This document shows positions 18,508 to 27,199 of a stretch of DNA of 64,000 nt, one piece after another. The DNA is from a virus (Duplodnaviria; Heunggongvirae; Uroviricota; Caudoviricetes): IMG/VR virus record IMGVR_UViG_3300025011_000017, one strand, 5' to 3'. Below the pieces are notes generated by a model. The model searched no databases, had not been told where the DNA came from, and was given only the letters and a program-made list of their open reading frames with translations. The translations under genes were made by a program, and so were the position numbers. Position 1 is the first letter of the stretch. Each line of letters starts with the position of its first letter.

Positions 18508-18726
18508 ATGTTTGTTAAATGTATCAAAGATGCTGTGATGGAAGATGAAAATGGAGAAATTTGTTTTTTAGGAAATAAAATTTACGAAGCAAAAGAACTT
18601 AAACACTGTGAATTAATGATAATAGACGAACAAGGATACGAGCATATTGTTTCTAATGAAGAAGGAGATATGTTTTTAGATGAATATTTTATATTAAATG
18701 TGGAGGTAGATAAAAATGAAGGTTAA
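18508..18726 (+). CDS. hypothetical protein
   Basis: RBS AAAAGGAGG; promoter at 18344. Confidence 0.45.
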   Translation: MFVKCIKDAVMEDENGEICFLGNKIYEAKELKHCELMIIDEQGYEHIVSNEEGDMFLDEYFILNVEVDKNEG

Positions 18727-19303
18727 ATGCATTAAGAGAGTTGATACATTGTTAGGAGAATGTGCTTTTACTGAAGGAAAAACATATATAACCGAAATTA
18801 ATCTTTTTGGTGATATATGTGCAATAAATGGTAGAGGATTGAACCAAACAATTAAAACGTCTAAAAATAGTAAGTGGTTTGATGATCATTTTGTAATTAT
18901 AGAAGGAGAGGTTGATACGGAAATGAAAGCATCAGATTTAAAAACAGGAATGATTGTGGTTACAAGAAATGGTAGAAAATATGTTTTTTTAGACAATTTA
19001 GTAAATGAAATTGCTGATTTAGAAAAAGTATTTTTATCAAATGTAGAGTTGTCATGGAATAACTTTAATGTTGATGATAATTTTATAAATATTAATGGTC
19101 ATGACGGGTATGACATAATGGAAGTATACTCTCCTGTAAGAATATGTGGTATTTCGGATTTTTTTATTAAAAATAGTATGGATGGATATAGTTTAATATG
19201 GAAAAGAAAATCCAAAGAAGAAATCGATGCAGAAAATTTAGTTAAATGTCTGCAAAAACAATTAGATGAAGCTAATAAACGTCTTGATTCGTTTAAAAAA
19301 TAG
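18716..19303 (+). CDS. hypothetical protein
   Basis: Overlapping start with internal GGAGGTAG RBS; 195 aa. Confidence 0.45.
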   Translation: MKVKCIKRVDTLLGECAFTEGKTYITEINLFGDICAINGRGLNQTIKTSKNSKWFDDHFVIIEGEVDTEMKASDLKTGMIVVTRNGRKYVFLDNLVNEIADLEKVFLSNVELSWNNFNVDDNFININGHDGYDIMEVYSPVRICGISDFFIKNSMDGYSLIWKRKSKEEIDAENLVKCLQKQLDEANKRLDSFKK

Positions 19304-19314
19304 TATAAAATAGG

Positions 19315-19345
19315 AATGTTAGTGTGTGTGCGCTAACATTTCTAA
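19315..19345 (+). terminator. putative terminator hairpin
   Basis: AATGTTAG / CTAACATT stem with GT-rich loop, then TTCT. Confidence 0.4.
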
Positions 19346-19366
19346 TAAAGAAAGGAAGTAAAAATA

Positions 19367-19609
19367 ATGAATAAATTAAAATTAATTATGGTTTTGGCAA
19401 TTGGGGTATTTATAGGAGGATGTTCATCTCAATCAACTTCTAATATAAAAGCGAATGAAACCAATGGAGATATGAAAACTGTAGATACAATTATGATTGA
19501 TACATTTTATGGAAAAATTGAAATAACAAAAATCGTTGATTCTGTAAATAATAATGTAATATACGCATCAAGGAGTTCAGATGTTTCTATGGCGGTCGCA
19601 TCGAAATAA
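19367..19609 (+). CDS. putative lipoprotein
   Basis: Signal peptide with lipobox FIGGC. Confidence 0.45.
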   Translation: MNKLKLIMVLAIGVFIGGCSSQSTSNIKANETNGDMKTVDTIMIDTFYGKIEITKIVDSVNNNVIYASRSSDVSMAVASK

Positions 19610-19645
19610 AATCAAGATTTGATTATTAAAAGGAGAATGAGTATG

Positions 19646-20302
19646 GATATAAATTTATTTTCGTTAATAGTAAAAAAGTTAGGTGATTCTGATTTAGAGG
19701 ATTTTAGTTATACACATAATGGAAAAATTTATGGATTTAAAGACATTGGTAGCGGAGATTGGGACGATCAAGGTAAGTACCAGTATAAATACGATGAAGG
19801 TCAGTTGATGGAAATGGATAAAAAGTATAGCGAGATTCAATTATTTTCGTATGGTGTAACTCGTTCTGTACAAAGAAGCGGTTCGTATTTTTCAAGTTAT
19901 AATTATGATAATGATCCTTATGAGATGTTTGAAATTATATCAGTTGAAATTCCAGAGGTTATTATTCCTGCTCATATGGAAGATAAATGGAATAAGTTAG
20001 ATATTGATTTAGATAATATTATAGATCAAGAAGAAGAAAATAGGAAACAAGCTGAATCTGAAAAATTGAGATTAGAAGAAGAAGCTAAAGCTGAAAAAGA
20101 TAGATTAGCCAAACTTTACCCTATGAATAATCTAGAAATAATTAAATTAGTTAATAATAACTTAAAGAAGAAAAAGATATTAAAATTCGGATTACAAGAA
20201 ATGAGAAAAGAGTATTTTGATATTGTAGTTAAGAAAAAATTGGAAAGCAAAGAATGGATTGACTTTCATAGTCTTGAATTTAAAAAAGTAATCGAAGATT
20301 AG
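19646..20302 (+). CDS. hypothetical protein with coiled-coil C-terminal region
   Basis: Track 19619..20302; ATG 19646 has proper spacing from AAAGGAG. Confidence 0.45.
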   Translation, partial: DINLFSLIVKKLGDSDLEDFSYTHNGKIYGFKDIGSGDWDDQGKYQYKYDEGQLMEMDKKYSEIQLFSYGVTRSVQRSGSYFSSYNYDNDPYEMFEIISVEIPEVIIPAHMEDKWNKLDIDLDNIIDQEEENRKQAESEKLRLEEEAKAEKDRLAKLYPMNNLEIIKLVNNNLKKKKILKFGLQEMRKEYFDIVVKKKLESKEWIDFHSLEFKKVIED

Positions 20303-20327
20303 ATTATTAGGAAGGAGTGATATAAAT

Positions 20328-20531
20328 ATTACACCATTAGTTAATCCTGATTATAAAATTTATTTTACTCCAACTAAAGATAAACCAATTAGAATATTAT
20401 ATGAAGAATATCCTTGTCCTATAAATCCTGAAATTAGATGTGAAAAGTCAGAAATTATCGTTGAAGGAATGGAATGCAAAATAGTTTGTTTTGATTTTAA
20501 AAACTGTAAATATTATGAGGTGAGTAATTAA
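20328..20531 (+). CDS. possible small Cys-rich protein initiating at ATT (no ATG/GTG/TTG in frame)
   Basis: Open frame 20292-20531 after AGGAAGGAG; ...CPINPEIRCEKSEIIVEGMECKIVCFDFKNC; stop abuts next gene. Confidence 0.2.
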   Translation: MTPLVNPDYKIYFTPTKDKPIRILYEEYPCPINPEIRCEKSEIIVEGMECKIVCFDFKNCKYYEVSN

Positions 20532-20945
20532 ATGAAAGAAATTAAATTTAGATCTTGGATAAAAGAAGAAAATATAATGCTTTATGGATTAAATGCAACG
20601 GAGAATGGTTATTTTACGCATGGATTTAGGCATAGAAAAAGTGAAGTTAAAATGATGCAATATGTTTGTCTTTTAGATATAGATAGAAACGAAATTTATG
20701 AAGATGATATTTTAGAGTATACTTTTCCTAATGGTGACGTAAGAAAATTTATTGTAAGTATTGAAACAGTCATTAGAGAAATAGTTACCTATCCTAATTT
20801 TTATCCTAAGACATGCAGAGTGGCAATAACAGGAGTAGTATTTAAATGGGATGGGTATAAAATGTTTCCATGTATAAATGGAGATGGAGTTTGTGACAAC
20901 GAGAAAATGAAAATTATTGGAAATATACATGAAGGGATTAATTAA
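20532..20945 (+). CDS. YopX-family phage protein
   Basis: N-terminal MKEIKFRSW... typical of YopX. Confidence 0.5.
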   Translation: MKEIKFRSWIKEENIMLYGLNATENGYFTHGFRHRKSEVKMMQYVCLLDIDRNEIYEDDILEYTFPNGDVRKFIVSIETVIREIVTYPNFYPKTCRVAITGVVFKWDGYKMFPCINGDGVCDNEKMKIIGNIHEGIN

Positions 20946-20964
20946 AAGAGGAGGTAAAGTAAAA

Positions 20965-21072
20965 ATGCATATTTGTTTATCCGTTAAAGATAATTGTAAA
21001 AACATAGAAGAAAGTTATGGAGAAATTTGTGTAAGATGTAATAAGTGTGGAAGATTTAATAAAAATAAGTAG
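20965..21072 (+). CDS. 35-aa Cys4 zinc-ribbon mini-protein
   Basis: Very strong RBS AAAAGAGGAGGTAAAG; MHICLSVKDNCKNIEESYGEICVRCNKCGRF. Confidence 0.4.
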   Translation: MHICLSVKDNCKNIEESYGEICVRCNKCGRFNKNK

Positions 21073-21111
21073 TAATAAAACGACGATTCTATTGCTAAAG
21101 GAGTAAAAATA

Positions 21112-21324
21112 ATGAAAATGTGGAGAATAGCAGAATTTGCAGATGAGGGAAAATTTAATCAAGGTGATTTGCTTATTGCTATAAATTTACCAATAAATCT
21201 TATAATTGAATATAATAATGGTGGTTTTGTCTATCATACACTGATGAGTGATACGACTTCAAGAAAACCTGTAGTATTAGACTTAGAGGACATGGAAACT
21301 GAATTTGGATGGGCGATAGAATAA
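21112..21324 (+). CDS. hypothetical protein
   Basis: RBS AAAGGAG; 70 aa. Confidence 0.4.
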   Translation: MKMWRIAEFADEGKFNQGDLLIAINLPINLIIEYNNGGFVYHTLMSDTTSRKPVVLDLEDMETEFGWAIE

Positions 21325-21387
21325 TGATTCTATTATCAATTTAAAAGACCAGAAGAACCAAATTATGATTATTAAAAGGAGAAATAT

Positions 21388-21693
21388 ATTATTAATATTT
21401 TATTAGAAAAGGTAAATGAATTAACGTATTATGATCATAAAACTCTTACAGAAAGAGCATTAAAATGTTCTGAAGAAGTGGGAGAATTAGCACAAGCTGT
21501 ATTATCACATACAAATGCTTGTGGGTGCGGATATAAAGGATTAGGAGCAAAAGAAGTTCTAGAAGAAAGCGTAGATGTTATTATTGTCGCGTTATCAGTA
21601 ATATGTAGTGTCGAGGATGGGGTTTATAACTTTAATGAAGAATTTGATAGAAAGATGGGAAAATGGGAAATTAAAATTAAGGAAAGAAATTAA
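21388..21693 (+). CDS. MazG-like nucleotide pyrophosphohydrolase
   Basis: LLEKVNELTYYDHKTLTERALKCSEEVGELAQAV (MazG EExGE core); N-terminal region lies upstream of first canonical start (GTG 21478), so ATT 21388 after AAAGGAG (6-nt spacing) is the likely start. Confidence 0.5.
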   Translation: MINILLEKVNELTYYDHKTLTERALKCSEEVGELAQAVLSHTNACGCGYKGLGAKEVLEESVDVIIVALSVICSVEDGVYNFNEEFDRKMGKWEIKIKERN

Positions 21694-22014
21694 ATGATAA
21701 ATATTTTTATGGATGACATGCGACCCTCTCCAGAAGGATTTATATTAGTCAAAAATGCTTCCGAGTGTCGTTTAGTAACTAGGTATAATAAGATCAAAAC
21801 AATGTCACTAGACCATGATTTAGGGGAAAAAGAAACGGGATATGATTTTTGTAAGTGGTTAGTAGAAGTAGGTATTGAAGATCCAAGTATTTATCCTGAA
21901 GAAATATATCTTCATACTGCTAACGGAGTAGGTAGAGATAATATGTATCAACTCTTAATGAGATATAAACCAAATTATGTTAAGGTGCATCGTTCACCAA
22001 TACCATTTGAATAG
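21694..22014 (+). CDS. hypothetical protein
   Basis: TAAATG coupling; 106 aa. Confidence 0.45.
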   Translation: MINIFMDDMRPSPEGFILVKNASECRLVTRYNKIKTMSLDHDLGEKETGYDFCKWLVEVGIEDPSIYPEEIYLHTANGVGRDNMYQLLMRYKPNYVKVHRSPIPFE

Positions 22015-22025
22015 GAGGAAATAGT

Positions 22026-22775
22026 ATGAGAAATATAGCATTTAAATGTCTTTCAGGATCTTGGAGATATAATTTACAAACAGATAATTCTGATAAAGAT
22101 TATAAAGTATTTGTTCTTCCTACATTCGAAGACTTATATAATAAAATAACTTATGCTGAAAGTTTTATAGGAAAGTTTATAGATTTAGATTGTCATGATA
22201 TTAGAAAAATTGTTGATTTATATTGGAAGTCCAATATTGATTATATTCAAACATTATATTCTAACGAAATTGAATTTTCTGGAATACCTGAAATAGATAA
22301 AAGAATAAAGGAATTATTTTCTTTAAGAAGCGAAATAGTCACAATGAATCTTCCTCATTTATATTCAGCGTGTCATGGAATGCATTTAAATAAAATGAAG
22401 GATTTAACTAAAGGGACAGAGAATACTATTTACCTAGTTAAAAAATATGGGTATGATACAAAAATGGGCTTACATGCATACAGAATGTTAGATTTTATTA
22501 AAAGATTTTTAAATACTAATTTTAAGGATTTTAATAAATCTGTAATGTATGATGAATTAGAGCGAGAAGCAATGCTTAAAATTAAAAATGGATTTTACAC
22601 TCTTGAAGAATATAGAGATATTATTTATGTAGAATATCAACAATTTAGGAAATATGAAGAGATATATAAATCACAACCAGTTAATGAAGAACTTAAAGAA
22701 TGGATTAGTGAATTAATATATCTAATTGTAAGGGATTATATCAAAATTTATATGAATAGGAGATATTCTGCATGA
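22026..22775 (+). CDS. Pol-beta superfamily nucleotidyltransferase-like protein
   Basis: GSWRYNLQTDNSDKDY fits GS...[DE]h[DE]h NTase motif. Confidence 0.4.
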   Translation: MRNIAFKCLSGSWRYNLQTDNSDKDYKVFVLPTFEDLYNKITYAESFIGKFIDLDCHDIRKIVDLYWKSNIDYIQTLYSNEIEFSGIPEIDKRIKELFSLRSEIVTMNLPHLYSACHGMHLNKMKDLTKGTENTIYLVKKYGYDTKMGLHAYRMLDFIKRFLNTNFKDFNKSVMYDELEREAMLKIKNGFYTLEEYRDIIYVEYQQFRKYEEIYKSQPVNEELKEWISELIYLIVRDYIKIYMNRRYSA

Positions 22776-23038
22776 AAAGAGAATATAAGGAAAAGAAGAT
22801 AATTTATAGCCACTTATGGAGCTATTTTCCTATACTTGTTTGGAAAGAATGTTTCTTGTGCCACAGAGAATTTGTTAGGGAGTGGGGTTGGAAGGTATTT
22901 ACCTATCCTATAACGAATGGGGCTTATACAGCTAGATATGTATGTAATGAATGCGGTAAAACAAAAGAGAGTATTAGTGAAATATTATTAAATCATAGAT
23001 TCGGTATAGGACAAAAAAGAGTTAATATTTTGACTTGA
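22772..23038 (+). CDS. Cys-containing hypothetical protein
   Basis: ATGA overlap with preceding gene. Confidence 0.4.
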   Translation: MKREYKEKKIIYSHLWSYFPILVWKECFLCHREFVREWGWKVFTYPITNGAYTARYVCNECGKTKESISEILLNHRFGIGQKRVNILT

Positions 23039-23063
23039 CACTAGTGTAAAGTAATGTTATAAT
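23035..23063 (+). promoter_or_regulatory. promoter family copy (perfect TTGACA-N17-TGtTATAAT)
   Basis: TTGACA 23035-23040; TATAAT 23058-23063. Confidence 0.55.
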
Positions 23064-23092
23064 GACTTATGACATAATGAGAGGAGTATAAA

Positions 23093-23362
23093 ATGACAAA
23101 AGATAAATTAATCTCGGTATTTGATAAGGCAAAGAAGAATGATATAGGTTTTATTGGAGTATCTATTAGTATAGATAATAACCCAAATCTTGAAATAATT
23201 ATTAATCCAACCGCTAATTTTGAATCAAAATTAGAATATTATAAAAAAACATATGATAAAAATTTAAATCATTTGTTCGCAAAAGATATTCAAATTATTG
23301 ATTGTGTCAGCGGAGATTCATTTGGAGAAATAGAAGATAAAATTATTACTATTTCTATATAA
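23093..23362 (+). CDS. hypothetical protein
   Basis: RBS GAGAGGAG; promoter 23035-23063. Confidence 0.45.
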   Translation: MTKDKLISVFDKAKKNDIGFIGVSISIDNNPNLEIIINPTANFESKLEYYKKTYDKNLNHLFAKDIQIIDCVSGDSFGEIEDKIITISI

Positions 23363-23377
23363 GAAGGAGAGATAAAT

Positions 23378-23614
23378 TTGATTGATCGTAAAACTGGTAA
23401 AGAATTTAGAGAAAGTGGTTTACTTTGGCTTATTAATACAACATTACATGTATTTGGTTGGGCGATAGTTTGGAATCAAGATACAGATGAAATGTATCCT
23501 GCAAGAGTTAAATTTAGAGGATTTGATGAGAAAAATAATACTAAAGGATATATAAATGTTACAAAGTATCTTCAAGAAAATATAAAAGAATTGACGGAAG
23601 AAGCTAATGGATAA
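23378..23614 (+). CDS. hypothetical protein
   Basis: TTG after AGAAGGAGAG. Confidence 0.4.
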   Translation: MIDRKTGKEFRESGLLWLINTTLHVFGWAIVWNQDTDEMYPARVKFRGFDEKNNTKGYINVTKYLQENIKELTEEANG

Positions 23615-23819
23615 TAAAGATACAAAATTAGCTGAAATCAGAGGATTAAACAACGAATGGGAAAATATTAATCCAATTGACATCAAAGATGGTATGACAT
23701 TTAGAATGTATGAACTAGATGGTTATCCTGTAACCCATAAAGGAGAATACTATTGGGTGGCAGATGGAGATGCATTTTATAACGAAGACAACGTAGTAAC
23801 TATCAACTGTAAGGAATAA
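23607..23819 (+). CDS. hypothetical protein
   Basis: Overlapping start; 70 aa. Confidence 0.4.
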   Translation: MDNKDTKLAEIRGLNNEWENINPIDIKDGMTFRMYELDGYPVTHKGEYYWVADGDAFYNEDNVVTINCKE

Positions 23820-23907
23820 TAGAATTAATCTTTTATATTACCTTCAAGTTAAAGCTAATATATATTAAACGGAAAGGAAGGTGATTATTTTAAAGAAAGG
23901 ATAAAAA

Positions 23908-24042
23908 ATGGAAGAAATAAAAAAATGGATATTAGAACAGATTAAAAATTGTAAAGAATCTCATAATGAAAGTACCTACATGTGGTCTAAGGGTTATAGG
24001 AAAGCACTTTTAGACGTTTTGAATATGATAAAAATATATTAG
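23908..24042 (+). CDS. small hypothetical protein (44 aa)
   Basis: RBS AAAGAAAGGA; below track cutoff. Confidence 0.25.
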   Translation: MEEIKKWILEQIKNCKESHNESTYMWSKGYRKALLDVLNMIKIY

Positions 24043-24057
24043 AAAGGATGTAATTTT

Positions 24058-24405
24058 GTGTGTAATTATATTAATGCTGACGGAGATTGTTTATTGGAAT
24101 ACGTAGAATGTCTTAGAGATACTAGTGAATCATGCGATATTGCAATTGATTATCAGATAAAAAGAGTAATAAATAATAAATTCGCTATGGAATATAAAAG
24201 TGACTGGACAAGAAAGCAAAAGATGACTTGTCATAAAAATTATTGTAAATTTAATGTTTTAAAAATATGCACAAAAGAATATATCACTCTAAATGAAGAC
24301 GGAAAATGTTCAGAAGAACCACCTTTAAATTTAATGGCATGGCATAAAATAATTCCATCACCGTTAAAACCAATGCAAAGAGAACGAAGATTAACGTATC
24401 ATTAA
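24058..24405 (+). CDS. Cys-rich hypothetical protein
   Basis: GTG start; 115 aa. Confidence 0.4.
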   Translation: MCNYINADGDCLLEYVECLRDTSESCDIAIDYQIKRVINNKFAMEYKSDWTRKQKMTCHKNYCKFNVLKICTKEYITLNEDGKCSEEPPLNLMAWHKIIPSPLKPMQRERRLTYH

Positions 24406-24425
24406 AATATAATAATGGAGGTAGA

Positions 24426-24788
24426 ATGATGAAATCAAGAGTTTCGAGTCAACGTCAACAAATTTTAACTATGCTTAGAGAAGCAGGGAGTAAAGGAGTG
24501 ACCAACACACAGTTACAAACTGTGGGTGTATGTTGGCATAATTGTACAAGAGGTTTGTATGATATGGGATACAAAATAACTAACGAACATATTGGTAATG
24601 GTATATATAAATATGTTTTAGTTAAGGAGCCAGAAAAAATCATTACAAATAGACCAAAAGCAGGAACTATCTTATTTGATGCTATTATTGGTAAAATTAC
24701 TGCTAATAAATTAATAGATATTCTTAAAGAATTTAATTTAACTATTGCCAGAAAGCAACATTATTATAAAGAGAGGAGTTGTAAGTAA
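24426..24788 (+). CDS. putative winged-helix DNA-binding protein (paralog 1 of tandem pair)
   Basis: QRQQILTMLREAGSKGVTNTQLQ...LYDMGYKI; paralogous to next gene. Confidence 0.45.
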   Translation: MMKSRVSSQRQQILTMLREAGSKGVTNTQLQTVGVCWHNCTRGLYDMGYKITNEHIGNGIYKYVLVKEPEKIITNRPKAGTILFDAIIGKITANKLIDILKEFNLTIARKQHYYKERSCK

Positions 24789-25183
24789 TGTTTTTTGTAA
24801 CCCCAGAAATACAAAAGAAAATTGCAAGTCAACGAGAGCAAATTTTAAATGCTTTAAGAATTGCAGGTAAGTATGGAATGTTTAATATCGATCTTCAAGA
24901 ATTAGGTATGCATTGGCATACACGTATTAGAGAATTATATCGTATGGGGTATAAAATAGAGTGTGAATTTATTGGTAGTGGATTATATAAATATATATTA
25001 ATTAAAGAACCAATAAAGGCATTTCCTTTAAAATCAGAAAAAGGAATAGACATATTGGTAGATATTATTAATACAAAATATAAGGGAAAGGTGTCTATTA
25101 AAGACTTGCAGGAGATATTTAAATCTGAAAAATTACAATGTAATCGTAAGGTGGTTTTTAATACGATAAAAGCACAAGCATAA
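24788..25183 (+). CDS. putative winged-helix DNA-binding protein (paralog 2)
   Basis: QREQILNALRIAGKYGMFNIDLQ...LYRMGYKI; TAATG coupling. Confidence 0.45.
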   Translation: MFFVTPEIQKKIASQREQILNALRIAGKYGMFNIDLQELGMHWHTRIRELYRMGYKIECEFIGSGLYKYILIKEPIKAFPLKSEKGIDILVDIINTKYKGKVSIKDLQEIFKSEKLQCNRKVVFNTIKAQA

Positions 25184-25338
25184 ATAACAATATAAAATAA
25201 TTTATAATAAAGGAGAGATAAACTTGTCAATTAAAATTACGGTTAAAAATAAAGGTGAAAAAGTATACAATCTTCCAATAATTGGGGTTTCGGTTGTTGA
25301 TAAATAGAAAACCTATTCTATTGTGAAGGAGAAATTAA

Positions 25339-25851
25339 ATGTCAAAAATTGAAGAACTTTTGAATTCTATTGGTATTAATATTAAAGACAATGATAGTAA
25401 AATAAAATCTATGGAAACTATATTGGATGAAATATCTGATAAATATAGTAAATTAAAAAAACGCGTGTTTTTAGGTGGAACCTGTGCTAATAGTTTATGG
25501 AGAGATAAATTAATACCAATGTTAACTATTGATTATTTTAATCCAGTAGTTTCTAATTGGACTCCAGAGTGTCAATTAGAAAAATTAAAGCAAAGAGAAG
25601 AATGTGATTTTGTACTATATGTTTTAACTAGAATTTATAGCACCTTCTCAATCGCAGAAGTAGTGGATGATAGCAATAAACGTCCAGAAAAAACTATCTT
25701 ATGTATAATGAACGAGAAGTTACCTAATGGCAAGTGGGCGTTGGACAGTCAAGAGTTAAAACATTTAGATGCTATAGGTCGTTTAGTTAAAAGAAATGGT
25801 GGATTATATTTTAATTCATTAGAAGAAGTGGCTAATTATTTAAATAAATAA
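25339..25851 (+). CDS. hypothetical protein (tentatively nucleoside 2-deoxyribosyltransferase-like fold)
   Basis: VFLGGT ... DFVLYVL...TFSIAEV loosely fits NDT-like pattern; weak. Confidence 0.3.
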   Translation: MSKIEELLNSIGINIKDNDSKIKSMETILDEISDKYSKLKKRVFLGGTCANSLWRDKLIPMLTIDYFNPVVSNWTPECQLEKLKQREECDFVLYVLTRIYSTFSIAEVVDDSNKRPEKTILCIMNEKLPNGKWALDSQELKHLDAIGRLVKRNGGLYFNSLEEVANYLNK

Positions 25852-25869
25852 TAGAAAGAGGTTATAAAG

Positions 25870-26292
25870 ATGTATATGAAAACTTATGAAATGTTAAAGA
25901 GGCTTGAAGAAAATCCTAAAGCAAGATTTGTATCGAACAAAGAACCAAATAACCCAATATTTATTAATGAAAAAGGTATATTAGTTTGGGGAAAACAAGG
26001 AAATCCTTTTGAAGTAAATATTATAAGTACTTTTTATGCAGGTACATTAGAAGTTTATAAATGGAAAGAAATTAAAGAATCTGTAATTCCTAAATTTGAG
26101 GTAGGAAATGAATTTGTTTGGAAGAGTGCAAATAAATATAAAATAAAAATATTATCTATTGGAGACGAAATTTCTGATGATAATGAAGTAATTTATTTCA
26201 TAAAAATGACAAATGAAAAACAATCTTCTGAGATAACGTTTGATGTTATTTGTGAAGAACTTATTATTAAAAATTATGATTTAGTAAAATAA
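25870..26292 (+). CDS. hypothetical protein
   Basis: RBS AGAAAGAGG; 140 aa. Confidence 0.45.
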   Translation: MYMKTYEMLKRLEENPKARFVSNKEPNNPIFINEKGILVWGKQGNPFEVNIISTFYAGTLEVYKWKEIKESVIPKFEVGNEFVWKSANKYKIKILSIGDEISDDNEVIYFIKMTNEKQSSEITFDVICEELIIKNYDLVK

Positions 26293-26333
26293 AAGTTATG
26301 GCCGAGTTATACCATTATTTATTATTTTATCTA

Positions 26334-26362
26334 TTGACAAGCAGTAAGTAATGGTATATACT
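26334..26362 (+). promoter_or_regulatory. promoter upstream of Prs-like/Nampt-like operon
   Basis: TTGACA 26334-26339; TATACT 26357-26362. Confidence 0.5.
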
Positions 26363-26380
26363 TAATAAAAAGGAGGATAA

Positions 26381-27181
26381 ATGATAAAAATTAATGGCAA
26401 TCATATAGGAGAAGATTGTTACCCTAATAACGAAAGAATATTTAGATTACCCCTTGAGAGGTTTTATCAGGATGAAGATTTTATCATAGAACTTAAATAC
26501 ACAACAGATATTGATCTTTCTATCCTTAATATGTGCAAAAGGTATTTAGAAAATAACTTTTATAATTCAAAAGTAACATTGGTAATGAAATATATTCCAT
26601 ACTCTAGAATGGATAGGAATATTAACGGTTACATGTTTAGTCTTAAATATTTTTGCAAATTCATAAATGAACTATATTTTGATGAGGTAATAGTTTTAGA
26701 TCCTCATTCTAATGTTGCTACAGCATTATTGGATAGATGTGTTGAGATTGATTTAAATCCGTATATTGATAAAATAATGCGAAGATTGCAAATAGACTAT
26801 GTATTATTTCCAGATAATGGTAGTTTAAAAAAGTATACCGAAATACTTACTTTAAGAAAACTCTACTTTTACGGAAATAAGAAACGCAATCTTCAAACTG
26901 GAAAAATACTTTACTATGAACTTATTGATTGTCCAGATCTAAAAGGTAAAAATATTTTAATTATTGATGATTTATGCTCAAAGGGTGGAACGTGTCATCA
27001 TGCTTCGTTGAAACTGAAAGAATTAGGAGTAAATGAGATATACTTGTATTTTTCTCATTGTGAAGATTCAATTTATGATGGTGCGCTATTAAATTCTGGA
27101 TTAATTTCGAAGATATTTACTACCGATAGTATTCTAAGTAACTGGACTAATAGTTTACTTAGTAATATAGAACAAATATAA
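26381..27181 (+). CDS. Prs-family ribose-phosphate pyrophosphokinase-like protein (candidate ADP-ribose pyrophosphokinase of an NARP1-like pair)
   Basis: PRPP-binding loop GKNILIIDDLCSKGGT aligned with Prs GKTAILIDDIIDTAGT; own promoter 26334-26362. Confidence 0.6.
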   Translation: MIKINGNHIGEDCYPNNERIFRLPLERFYQDEDFIIELKYTTDIDLSILNMCKRYLENNFYNSKVTLVMKYIPYSRMDRNINGYMFSLKYFCKFINELYFDEVIVLDPHSNVATALLDRCVEIDLNPYIDKIMRRLQIDYVLFPDNGSLKKYTEILTLRKLYFYGNKKRNLQTGKILYYELIDCPDLKGKNILIIDDLCSKGGTCHHASLKLKELGVNEIYLYFSHCEDSIYDGALLNSGLISKIFTTDSILSNWTNSLLSNIEQI

Positions 27182-27199
27182 AATAAAGGGGATATTAAA